A stretch of 64,000 bases of DNA, taken from Takakia lepidozioides (taxonomy: Eukaryota > Plantae > Bryophyta). A model generated the notes under the pieces. That model was given only the letters and a program-made list of their open reading frames with translations. It was not told the origin of the DNA and made no database searches. How positions within the stretch are numbered: the first letter of the stretch is position 1; the number at the start of each line of letters is the position of its first letter. This document shows positions 1 through 10,900 of this stretch, one piece after another. The stretch spans positions 82,832,001-82,896,000 of the forward strand of contig CM060731.1 in assembly GCA_030704615.1 (NCBI GenBank). Direction: 5' to 3'. Both the position numbers and the translations under genes were made by a program.

Positions 1-300
1 GTGGTGTGTAACGGTCAATATGTGCACGTTACCAGCCAGACGACGAGACTCGGCGTTTCGTTGACCTTTGTGTTTCCAAACATTCCTCGTTGCTTGCTTT
101 ATTATTATTATCAATACATGAATTAAGACGATTTGTTTGTTTTGTTTTGTTTTGTTTTGTCACGTTGAGATGTACCGAACCGCAAGGCCCCGGCCCTGAA
201 CCTCAAGGCCCCAGCCCTGGTGCTTGGTACCGTTGGAAAGCCCTCGAGGAGGACGAGGAGGGGTGCACGGGCTTGGTCATGATTTTTGGACCTACGGTGT

Positions 301-467
301 GGGAAATGTGGAATTTCAAGAACTTTTGGTCGCTGGAAATTTGGGAAAAATAGCAAAGTGGGCTCTCCCGGAGCAGTGATTGGCCGCCCTTCACGTGGCA
401 GATTTGGAATTTCAAGTACTTTTGGTCGTTGGAAATTCACAAAAAATAGCAAAAATGGCAAAGTGGG
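301..467. repeat. Short imperfect tandem duplication (~65-bp unit)
   Basis: ggaatttcaagaacttttggtcgctggaaattt...aaaaatagcaaa at ~310-362 recurs as ggaatttcaagtacttttggtcgttggaaattc...aaaaatagcaaa at ~406-467. Confidence 0.6.
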
Positions 468-539
468 CATTCCTGGACAATGGTTGGAGCCTTGAGGGGA
501 GAGATATCAAGGGAAAGGTCTCTGGTTCAAATCTGGTCG

Positions 540-646
540 TAGGGAAGATTGCACTTGGGCTTAGATATCAATTCTTCACACATGGGCCAACGGCACAGGC
601 TACACTAGAGGTCGCACTTGGGCCTCGACATAGGAGACCTACTTAA
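540..646 (-). repeat. Interspersed repeat copy, inverted relative to copies at 5320-5645
   Basis: Reverse complement (gtctcctatgtcgaggcccaagtgcgacctctag...gccgttggcccatgtgtgaagaattgatatctaagcccaagtgcaatc) matches 5375-5430 and 5525-5640. Confidence 0.7.
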
Positions 647-1049
647 GGTGTCCACGTTGGGCGGTTCTTGCATGAACCTTCGTTCCGGTTCCACAATTAT
701 TTCATGTTCCGGATCTAGTTCCGGTTTTTTTCTATTGAGCCGGTCCGGATCCAACTTTTAAACATGGGGGCAGTTCCGGTTACTAGTTAGTTCCCGAAAA
801 AAAGCCGCCGGTTCTGGTTCTATTTTTAAATATACTTATATGAGTTAATTAGTTTTGAAATGTTTTATCAGTCTAAGAAATTAGTTGGTACATGAAATAG
901 TCTGTATATTCAAATACTTCAACTAAAATTTAGGGATTTTATTCCTTTCATTAAAACAAAAATACACTTAAAAACCTATAAATGAAAATAGATAAAATTT
1001 TGTGGTTTGAAACTACTAATATACGCAGCAGCAGCGTTTTCTCTGTGTT

Positions 1050-3000
1050 CTTGCAAAGCTTAAAACTAAGCTCAGTTATTGGAGCTCGGGCAGACTTTCT
1101 ATAACTAGCATAGCTCTCACGGCCAACCAATTCTGCTGGCTTCCACTGGTTTATTGGCTCGGTCTAGGACCCGGATCCATATCTTTGTAATCAAATCAAG
1201 CAATTGGTTAGAAACTTCATTTGGGGTGTTCCCATGGTCATAATCACATTCCCTCTTAGCTTGGGAGCAGATCTGTATATTGAGCAAAAAACACGATGGT
1301 CTTGTTATTCTTGATTTTGAATCCTAGGTCACTGCCCTTCTTGTTAAATGGCTTCCCGGAGCTTTGCTCAATCCTATGGCCCCCTGGTCATGGCTTCTCC
1401 GTAACTGTGCGTCTAATACCCCCCCTGCTTCTTCACATATTTGGACTTCATCGCTGCGTTGAATGATGCAAGGAGGAAAGTCCAACTCTAAGGCACCCTG
1501 TGGTTCCGAAGCCTGGGTTGCGATCTGGAAGGCATGGCATAAGGTCTAGAGTCATCTTACCCAGTCCTCTCCTTCTAACAAAGAGGAAGTGTTGAGGCAG
1601 CCCCTTTTTAGCAACTTCCATGCAGATAGTGAGATTCAGGTTCTTTGTTCTGCCCCCTGGGTCATGCGGGGATCTCCAGGTTCGCTAATCTATGGTTAGA
1701 CGATGCGCAACTTTTTCTTCCCACACAACACTTTGCCCCTCTGCTGGGCAACGGTAGAGCTCATATCTTTGGATCCTACATTCTTTCTGAAATCCCTGTC
1801 ACTTTGGTTGACCCTAATGGATGGGGTTTCGGACATCACTTTGTCATGGCAGGGCTGTAAGAACTCCACAACCTGTCAGGTTATATTGTGTTGAAACTCA
1901 GAATCTCAAGGCACTTGTAGGGGTATCAGTTTTATCCTTGTTCAAGGTAGACTATCCCCTCTTCCAGGCTGTGTTGATATACCTATAGATCTCTTAGTTC
2001 GTATCAGGGTTATTGATTCCCTTTCAGGTATTATGGATCCAAAGCCCGACCCCCTTAGGCTGGATGGTGGGACTGGCTTGCCAAGGTTGACCTTTTTTGG
2101 TTTGAGAATAAGCCTTTGGTCGACCTGCCTTTTGACCCGGGAGAATGGAGATGGATCTTTAAGAAGACAAAGTCATTCTTTGCATACTCCGCCAAGCTCG
2201 GTTATTCTCTTCGTCATCCTTTCCGCCCCCTGCCTCATAAATAGGAAATGAAATGGGCTGGTACAGTGCCTGCTGGTATAGACTGGGCGGCGGTTTGGAA
2301 AGATGTCTGGTTGAGATATCGTTCGGCCAAGATCTCGGGCTTTCTCTGAAGACTTGCTCACAAGATTCTCCCCTAATTTGGAGCTTAGTACATCTCTGAC
2401 CCCCCTTTCAACTACAAACTGTGTTCCGTTAATGTTCTCAAAACCATGGAACATGGTCTCTTCCATCGCTACTTTGTTGAGACTATTTGGTCTAGGATCC
2501 GTGCCTTCTATGCTCCTTGGAAAAATGTTTTGTCCGACTCTGTTTCCATTCATTTGCTGAATATGCAGGGAGGGAAGATCTGGCACAAATGCCAGGTCTG
2601 GTCCACGCTTTGTTCTCTTACCCTTTGGCACATTTGGAAAATTCGGTGTGCTAATTGGTATGATGGTGAATTCCCCGGTGTGAAGGCGGTACTTAGGAAG
2701 AGGAAGACTTGGGGTGGTTTGTTTGCAGTTATTTGCAAGAAAAACGGACCAAGTTACTTCAAGAATTCGATTCTACGTGGGGATGGCCCTCATCTGTACC
2801 AGAAGAGAAGAGCAATGCACTTTCCATTTTGCCGTCCCCGATCAATGGTGGCCCATCTAGCCCCAGGCCCTTGCCTCTAGAGTTTGAGGACATCAATTGG
2901 AAGCATAGGAAAAACAGGAATTCGAAGATCAAAGCTCACGGCCTCAACTTTGAGGCCCTTAGATCCAAGCGCTAACTCTTTAGGCTCCTGTTTTCTTTTA
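1050..3000 (+). mobile_element. Degenerate L1-type LINE ORF2 3' remnant (post-RT region, zinc-finger/C-terminal)
   Basis: Translated fragments KTKLSYWSS.RLS, QIKQLVRNFIWG, MEHGLFH and WSTLCSLTLWHIWKIRC are typical of plant L1 ORF2 C-termini; many stops and frameshifts. Confidence 0.7.
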
Positions 3001-4297
3001 GGCTTCACCAGGCCTATCTTCCTTCTGCTTTATCTTGTTTCTCTTAGTTCCGCAAGTTCGCCTTTGTGCCAGGATCCATAGATGGCAGACTACTTGTTCC
3101 TGTTTTTATGCCCTGGCTGTCTTTTATGTAGCCTGATTCTCAGCAGTTGATTTTTCGGTGAACCATGGCTGGTTCTTTTTGCTCCCCATTGAGGTGTTCT
3201 GGGAGGTCCCCAAGATTGTATTGCCTTATGGGCCCTAGGAGGTTATTTTTGCTCGTCCTATAATTTGATTAACAGGGCTCTATGGATTGAGCTATACAAT
3301 ATGATTGAGCTACCTTAATGTATTGGCATATGCTAACAATTTGGTTAATGAACCCAGGAGTTGAAGGATTGAACCCAGGATCTCATGGAGCTTAATTAAA
3401 GAGGTGTTTCCATGGGGGCCCACCAGGTCTCTTGACACGGGTTACCCCATGTTATGCCAATAATAATAATAATTAGTTAATTTAGTTACTAATTAATTAA
3501 TTTAGGCTTCCTTGGGAGGTGTCATAGTATAAATTATGCAAGCAAAGGGTGGGCCACGCCCCAGCGCCAAATCCAGCCCTGGACCCGTACCTGCCATGCA
3601 TGGTAGTCCACACATAGGCCACTAGTTTTTTGTCACACACCCACCACTCAAAATATCCTAGAGGCCGGAGTTTTGATTTTTGTTTGCACAATCACTTTCC
3701 CTTGGCCCATTACCGTGGCCGGTTAGGGCTCCAACTTTATTTCGGGATCGACCCGTCATTCTTCATCAAAAAAAAAATTCATCGTAGATGGAAATCTGAC
3801 ACTAGTGGTCGATTCAGGTCACCTCGTCCTTTAGGGATTAATTTTCTCATCTCACTTTGCTTGGCAAGCTGGTGAAGAGAGCCGTGATTGTCCCCTCGGC
3901 AAAAGCTATGGGCCCATTGACAATCGGCATCATCTTCTCACACCACAGTGGAGGCCCAACTGAAGAAGCAAAAGCTGACAAAGAAAAACGTAAAAAAATG
4001 GTGTAGACTTACTCACAATCAAAAATCGTCGTCAATGTCCATGTCTTCGTGTTCCACGGCCGCTGCTGCGAGCGCAACATCTATCTGTGTGCCTGAACTT
4101 GAGCCCTCATGGAGATGAGCTATCACCTCATTGTCGATGTCGGCATGGAGGTGCCCCCAGTTGCTGAGGAGAGTGCCGGTACGAGCACCAGCGATACTAG
4201 TGGGTATACAAGACAAGGTGTGCGGTTCAGGCCACCTTCACCTTCAGTGTCTTCTGAGGAACGTTCAAACTCGGAGTCAGGTTGATTCTCGCTGAGG

Positions 4298-5090
4298 GTG
4301 CAAGCTATTTCCGTGCCATTGTTGTGGAATACGATGGAGGAACTGTATGGAGCTACCAAGGGGCCGCGCCGGTACTCTGGAGCTGTGGGCACCATCGAGC
4401 TTTTGATAGTTGATGTGATTTGCAACAGATGCGCAATCCACAACTGTTTACGCCGTTTATGGCATGGAAGGGGCTATTCCAACACCTTGAGGGGCCGTCT
4501 ATGGACGACTACCATGAGTTTAGGCGGGGACATGAGGTGGAGATTGAGGAATGGCGGGTATATTGGTCACCTAACTATGTCTCTATCACTAGAGGCACAA
4601 GGGCAGCGGCGACACCGGCAACTACACCGACAACTTCTGCAAGGAGTAGTGGGACGAGTGGTACAGGAGCTAGGACGTCCACCCAAGTTCTGTTGCAGCA
4701 TCAACACCCATGCTGCCTTTAACCCAGTAGTGGAGTTCTTAGAGGAATTGAGGAGAAACTACCAAGGGATGATGATAGAGAAGTTGCGGAGCTTGCAAGA
4801 ATTCTAAAGGAGGTCCATTGAGAGTTTGAGGGAGGCTTTTTGGACAAGGAGTTGAGGAGAAGGGTGCGAGATGCAACTCTCCTACAAGTTGCCCAACCCA
4901 CCGTAGCAAATGTGTTTTTACTAGCAGAGCAGATCGAGCTCAACATGGTGGAGGAACGAGTGGTTATGGTGGGATTTGGCAAAGAGACACAACGAAGTGG
5001 GGCTCCTAGCCAACAACAACCAACTCCCCAACGTGCTCAAGGCAACAATGGGGCTCAGACAGAACCCAGGGAAGGTCAGAGAGAGACGAC
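4298..5090 (+). pseudogene. Probable LTR-retrotransposon gag fragment (frameshifted)
   Basis: Frameshifted helical ORF pieces (FNPVVEFLEELRRNYQG...EKLRSLQEF; DKELRRRVRDATLLQVAQPTVANVFLLAEQIE) look capsid-like; no LTRs found. Confidence 0.4.
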
Positions 5091-5319
5091 TTACTCTAAG
5101 CTCATCGCACAACATTCTCTTATCATACTATCAAAGTGTACAACCTCGAAATTGTGATAATGTTTGGATCCACCAAGTCCCAGCGTGTTTTTTTTTCACT
5201 TTTCCAAAATCGCCACAAAGGCTACATGTAAATGCTACCCAATGCCCATGTGGTGAGAATAACGAGGTGACAGGGTTAGAAAAGTGGCTATATAACATGT
5301 GTCATATTTTAATAGGTCC

Positions 5320-5645
5320 ACGTAGGCCCAAGTGCAATCTCCTATGCATCCAACTTTGGCGTCTCCCATGTGCGTCTCCTATGTCGAGGCCCAAATGCAA
5401 CCTCTAGGGTAGCATTTGCCGTTGGCCCAAGTGTCCAATGTCATCTAAATAAGTTTTTTTTCCACATAGCCCAGTGTGCAATCCCCTATGTATCTAGAGA
5501 CCCTCCTGTTTGGGAGATCTAGGCCTAGGGTAGCTTACGCCATTGGCCCATGTATTAAGAATTGAGATCTAAGTCCAAGTGCAATCCCCTATGTATTTAA
5601 GTAGCGTCTCCTATGTCAAGGTCCATGTGTGAAGAATTGAAATCG
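5320..5645 (+). repeat. Cluster of degenerate tandem copies of the repeat seen at 540-646
   Basis: Repeated ggcccaagtgcaatcccctatg and gcgtctcctatgtc motifs. Confidence 0.65.
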
Positions 5646-5705
5646 CTTGCAACTTCGCTGGAAGCATGAGTACCACCAGCAGCCCAAGGGGTATGCATGC
5701 CAATT

Positions 5706-5926
5706 GCCAAGCATTAGATGGGGCCGTGGAGTTGAATGCGAGGGAGCCGGTTCAGCCAACGTGGACCCCCCGCCACCCCATGCCCACCCCCGCCTCCGTC
5801 GCCCGCACACCGCGTGGCACACCTCCCCGCGCCTCATGTGCCCGCTGCGGGGACATGAGACGTGTCCTCGCCCACATCCCCATCCCGCCTCCCATCCTGG
5901 GCATGCCATCGTCATCCATCCCCCAT
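5706..5926 (+). repeat. Left TIR of outer MULE
   Basis: gccaagcattagatggggcc...catccatcccccat is the reverse complement of 20811-21032. Confidence 0.9.
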
Positions 5927-7099
5927 AGTACATGCTATCCCAAGCATACATGGTATCCCAAGCATACATTATGCCCTGTTTCAAAATCATTTTGCAGGAA
6001 TTCAAATTTCAAATGGCAAATCTGAGGAAACGAATGGACGTTTGGATATACGCCATGTGGTCACATACACTGCCACCCCAATCGAGGGTTTTTCTACCCT
6101 CATCGTGCATTTCCGTTCTCTCCATGCTTCCGAAACGCGTCCCTACCCTGGCACTCTGCATTCACATTCTAAATCGAATTGTTGTTGTATCTTGCACCAG
6201 TTGTTCATGAAGCATTCCATAGTAAATTGCAATTGTGTGTATGTTTGGCCCATATAAAGAAGTTGGTGCTTTCATAGGGTGCAATTTGTTGTCTGATGCA
6301 TAAATATACCAGCTATACATGCCATAATCTGCCAGCAGAATAAAAGAGTACGACGTTTGTGGCAGGATAGGGCAGCGAAAGAAGACAACAACAAACTCAG
6401 AAGGATCTTGTTTGTGTAAGCATGGCTGAAGTGGTTGAAGATGGCAAAATTTTGCCCCACCTTCTTTGTAAATTGCAAGGTCTGCTACAAACACCAAAGA
6501 CAAGTACTTTCACACACCATGACGTGCAATGGAGGTCCCAATGGCATGGACAGACACCTGATCAGAACACAGCTGAAATTGCATATATCCCTTGGAATCG
6601 GGTGGTCGACTTCATTGCTGGTGAGTCCTCCCTGAAGGAGGCCCCATGCACCTTCCGAAGTCATCGACAGAAGGGCCCCTGCTGGGAGTCTTCAGGTACC
6701 ACGCATCAATAGTGCCATGAACATTACAAGGTATGAATTCATGATTCATGAAAAATGAAATGAATGCTGCCCACTATACATGTTATGTCCAATCCCATTA
6801 GCCATGCACTTCTGCTTTTCATAAGAGCGGTTCTAAAAGGCCACTCATGTTTTTGGCATAGGTATCACTGTGCCTATGGCCCACACAGGGATGCCTCGGC
6901 GTGAGCCTGGTCGCGTGAGCGCGTGAGCGCGACTGCGCTCACGCCACGTCACCTTGCGCAAATGCCACGTCACGGGTCTCAGTCCACGTCATCACACGTG
7001 GAGGCCGAGTCACCACGCACCCAGAAAGAAGTGGAGTGTATTCCCGCGGATTGGCACCCTTTACCGCGGAAACAAGCTGGACGACATAATAAAAGGCAT

Positions 7100-7420
7100 T
7101 GAATAAATGATGGATGAATGTACAGTTGGATGATAAACAGATGGATGAGTTTGAAAAATCTATGTAGATGGATGAATGACGGATGGATAAGAGTAAAATG
7201 GATGAATGTATAATGGATGTTGAGCAATGACAAAAATTCATGACAGGAAGATGCATGACCAAATCTTTTGACGAATGCACAAAGTATATGAAATGAGTGT
7301 GGAAGGTTTGTGGGGTGGATTAAAGAGTACAGAGGATGAATGTACAATGGATGTTGTACAAATGAAGCTTTCATGAATGGAGCACGCATGAATACAGTGT
7401 AGATGAATGCACAATGGATA
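7100..7420 (+). repeat. Subterminal low-complexity GGATGAATG-type repeats
   Basis: Multiple ggatgaatg / atggatg units; similar tracts at 26400-26500 and, inverted, at 27530-27630. Confidence 0.65.
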
Positions 7421-7911
7421 TGAGAAGAGTCAGGAAGGTTTGTGAGATGGATTCATACATATAGCAATTTAAACGAAAGTTGATTCTGTGATTATTATTT
7501 GTTCTAAAGGAACAACTACGGTAGAGTAAGGGGATTCAACGTTTCCAGATAATATGAAAATGAATATTAAAAGAATACAGTTCAGTCTGACTCAGAGTCA
7601 GTACAATGTATCCCCTCTTCCTCTGCATCTAAGTCTAAGTATTTTAGAACACCGGATCCACGCTGGATACACCTACGGCTGGCCACTAAAAAGTCAGGGG
7701 ATAGGGACTCGGACGCGTGAAGTGCCATTGCTTCGGCATAAACAGGGAGCAGAAAATTGGAAAGGGGGCTGTCGAAAACAGACTCGCCAGAAATGACTGT
7801 ATCTCCTGAAGATCCACCGCTGGCTTTCCTGAAAGACAGCCTGAAAAAGTTATTACTGTAACTTTGATGTTATCGAGAAATTGAGTATGACTCCCAAAGA
7901 GGGTTTAGCAC

Positions 7912-10900
7912 TTACTCACATGAAAAGTCGTTGTCGACCTGCTTATCTTCGGGATCGTCATCATTTCGAATATGAATCCGATCAGTCTGTGTGCCTGAAG
8001 TGGAGCCAGACAAAAGGGGGAGGAGCACTGTGTTGTAGAGGTCAGAATCACCCTCCATACCAAAAAGGCTTCTTCCGCCTGCCTTGCATGCGTGGTAAGT
8101 TGCTCCTGCACCAGACAGGAGAACATAAACAGTTTGGAGGAGGGGATTTAAGCAGATGAAACTGTTGAAAGGAAACCAATTCGGAAGGGAGAAAACGAAC
8201 CTGTGGACACAGAAAGATCGACAACCCGTGCAGAGCGGTGGCTGCATGACTCCAGCAGTATTTGCATGAATGCTGGTGACTTTTCCTTTGCACCTCTCCA
8301 GGGAGTGCCATCTGGTCTCTTCAGAGTCTGACTGGACTGCATGAAGTTGTACAAAATGTCATCGACATGGGGCTCATAGGGGGGGTTGACGAAACAACCC
8401 TGGTCAGAAATCTCAAAGCTGCGGATGGAGGATGGTGTCTTTGATGTGCGAATCCTCCGCAGGCAGATCGCCTCGAACATCCTCGTCTGCCAAAGATAGC
8501 AGGTTAGTGTGGTAAACACAATCTAAAGTGGAAGTGTGTACATCGGCTATTCAGAACTCTGACACCAAAAAACCATGAATCGTTGATGATCGGTGTCGAT
8601 CATAAAACATTCTACTAGAGTGGAGCTGCAGAGAAAATTGAAACTCATGATCAAAGCATAAGCAGAAGGCAGACGGCATACCAGCTGACCAGGGAAACCC
8701 CCTTTCACAAGGTAGAGGCTGTTCACACAATTCCATGTGCGCAAAACTTCAAACCCTGAAGACTTGAGGTATGATGCCAATGCCCGACGACTATCATTGT
8801 CACATGACTGAAAAAGCAGAAGTGTCCCTGCATCAGAGAGGAAATTGTTACAGAACCCGAATACCCAACTCCAGTAGTTGTCCTCGAATTTGTTCCACCC
8901 TGGCGTCTTGCCCTTTGGAAGAACTTCTGGCACAGCCTGGCCATCCGGGATGTCGAGAATGACAATGTCGGCCGCATAAGTTTTCTGCACACCGCACACG
9001 AAGGTGGGACCTGTGCTCACCTGCAACAGACATGTTTTTTATAAGAACGATGGCAAGAATGTTTTCAAAGAACGAGACTGAAATACTGCCAACGAAACAT
9101 TCAGAGAAAAAGGAAAGAAAATGGAATTCTCACCAGATTGAGGAATGAGATTATATTGTCCCAGGTAGGGGATGGCACCCCAGTGTATCCTCTCTTTCGA
9201 CTCTGCATCATCGAAAGCCAACCCTCATTAACAATTTTCATCTCTCCTGCTGAATCAGAACGGGAAGGGTGTGGCTTGGCATCGAACACGCACTGAAGAG
9301 TGCGGGTATATCTTCCAGCACTAAAGTCCTGCCCACTCTCCATCTCCTTTTCATTCTCCTTCCCCTTGTCCTTTTCCTTCTCTTTGGACTTGTCTTTGTC
9401 CTTTGGCTTTGCTGGTGAGATGGCTATGACATCAACAGCCTTGTCTTTTGGTTTGCGGCCCGCCTTCTTTCCCTTCTGCGGCGTTCCCTGAGCATCAGGC
9501 TCCTTGGCAGCCAAGGTTGCTATGTTTCGTTGATACTCTTCGTCAGTCAAAGGCGCCAGCATCTCAGCGTTATTGTTCAAGTATTTCATATGCTGTTCTT
9601 GAAAGGTCGTGTGCTCAGGTGGGCAGTCAAGGTACCACCCACAGTCTCTGAAGTGAGAAGGACTCCAGTCCTTCAATATCCCTGCAGTATACATGGTTGG
9701 ATCGTTTGCAGGGTCCGACCACATGTCAAGATAGTCGGGAATTCCGCTCAGGTGATTTCCTTCCATAAGCACATATTTCGTGTACCTGAAAAAAGGAGAT
9801 GAATCCCAACCCACAAAAGCGCTCAGTGAGTAAGATGCAAGTAGAACAGAAAGAATAAAACATGGATTGAAATGGCTCTGACAACTGCTCCAAGGACCTT
9901 TCAGGACCACACTACTGCTCCAGATATGAATGTCGTCAACGCCATTCAGAACATTCCATTCCATGACACTGTAAATACATCCTAATCCAGGTGAATGCAA
10001 ATAAGCGATTAGAAATGACACAGACATAGAAGTGAATGTCGTCAACGACATTCAAGAATGAAGCCAAATTATTACTGAAATGAAGCAAAATCACAGGATG
10101 GAAATAAAAAAATTGAGTAAGGAACCATCCAGGAAAACTCAATGCACATTCATAACGAACCTATCACTGAGGACCTCACAACATCACTGTATGTGAATGG
10201 CGTCAACGCCATTCACAAAAATACAAAAAAGAAACCAATTACTTAGCTCCCCAATCCATGAAAATTGAATTTGTCGTTTTTTAATAATACAGACACAGCT
10301 GTGAATGTCGTCAACGACATTCACTTTGGATTTCTTAAAACAGAGCTTATGAAGCCTCCATATTCATCGCAAGAGGAAAAAACAATGCAGAACAACTGAA
10401 TGTCTGCATTGACATTCAGCAAAATGAAGTGATCAACCCTCATTGTATCCTCTATGGACATTACAAAAATTTAAATAACCTTGAGGACCACACAACAACT
10501 CCGTATGTGAATGTCGTCAACGCCATTCAAGGACATTATCAATTCTAATCAGGGACAATATAATTGCACCCTTAGATCCTAACCAGGTGAATTCATATAC
10601 TCGCTTAAGAATGACTCAGACAAAGAAGTGAATGTCGTCAACGACATTCAATCTGGATCTAAGATTGCAATCCATATGAAGCCACAATTTTTCCCAAAAA
10701 AACAGTAGAGTTTCAAGTATGACATTTCACCTGTACACAACTCGCATCATGGCCCACTCTCCTCCAACCTGACTGTCAAAGTCGTTGGACCGTAAAATGT
10801 TACCATCTTTGGAGAACTCCCGGAAAAAACAGTATCTCCAGGTGAGACCTCTCCACTTCCTTATGTATGCCTCCAATGACATTTGGGGAGGGGAAACAAT

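Noticed and set aside
660-830. Clustered CCGGTT/TCCGG motifs resembling hAT subterminal repeats
   Set aside because: No partner end or TSD found
3340-3450. tRNA-like B-box sequence (also near 24490-24540)
   Set aside because: No cloverleaf; at most degenerate SINE or tRNA remnants
5616-6257. Overlapping GC-rich ORFs here and at 20681-21040
   Set aside because: They are translations of the outer MULE TIRs, not genes
9786-10051. Hydrophobic N-terminal extension of ORF 9101..10051
   Set aside because: It lies in the palindrome-bearing intron; the phase-compatible acceptor puts the exon start at 9785
9927-10650. CRISPR array (regularly spaced palindromic repeats)
   Set aside because: Eukaryotic intron; spacers are 73-139 bp, variable and mutually homologous; no cas genes
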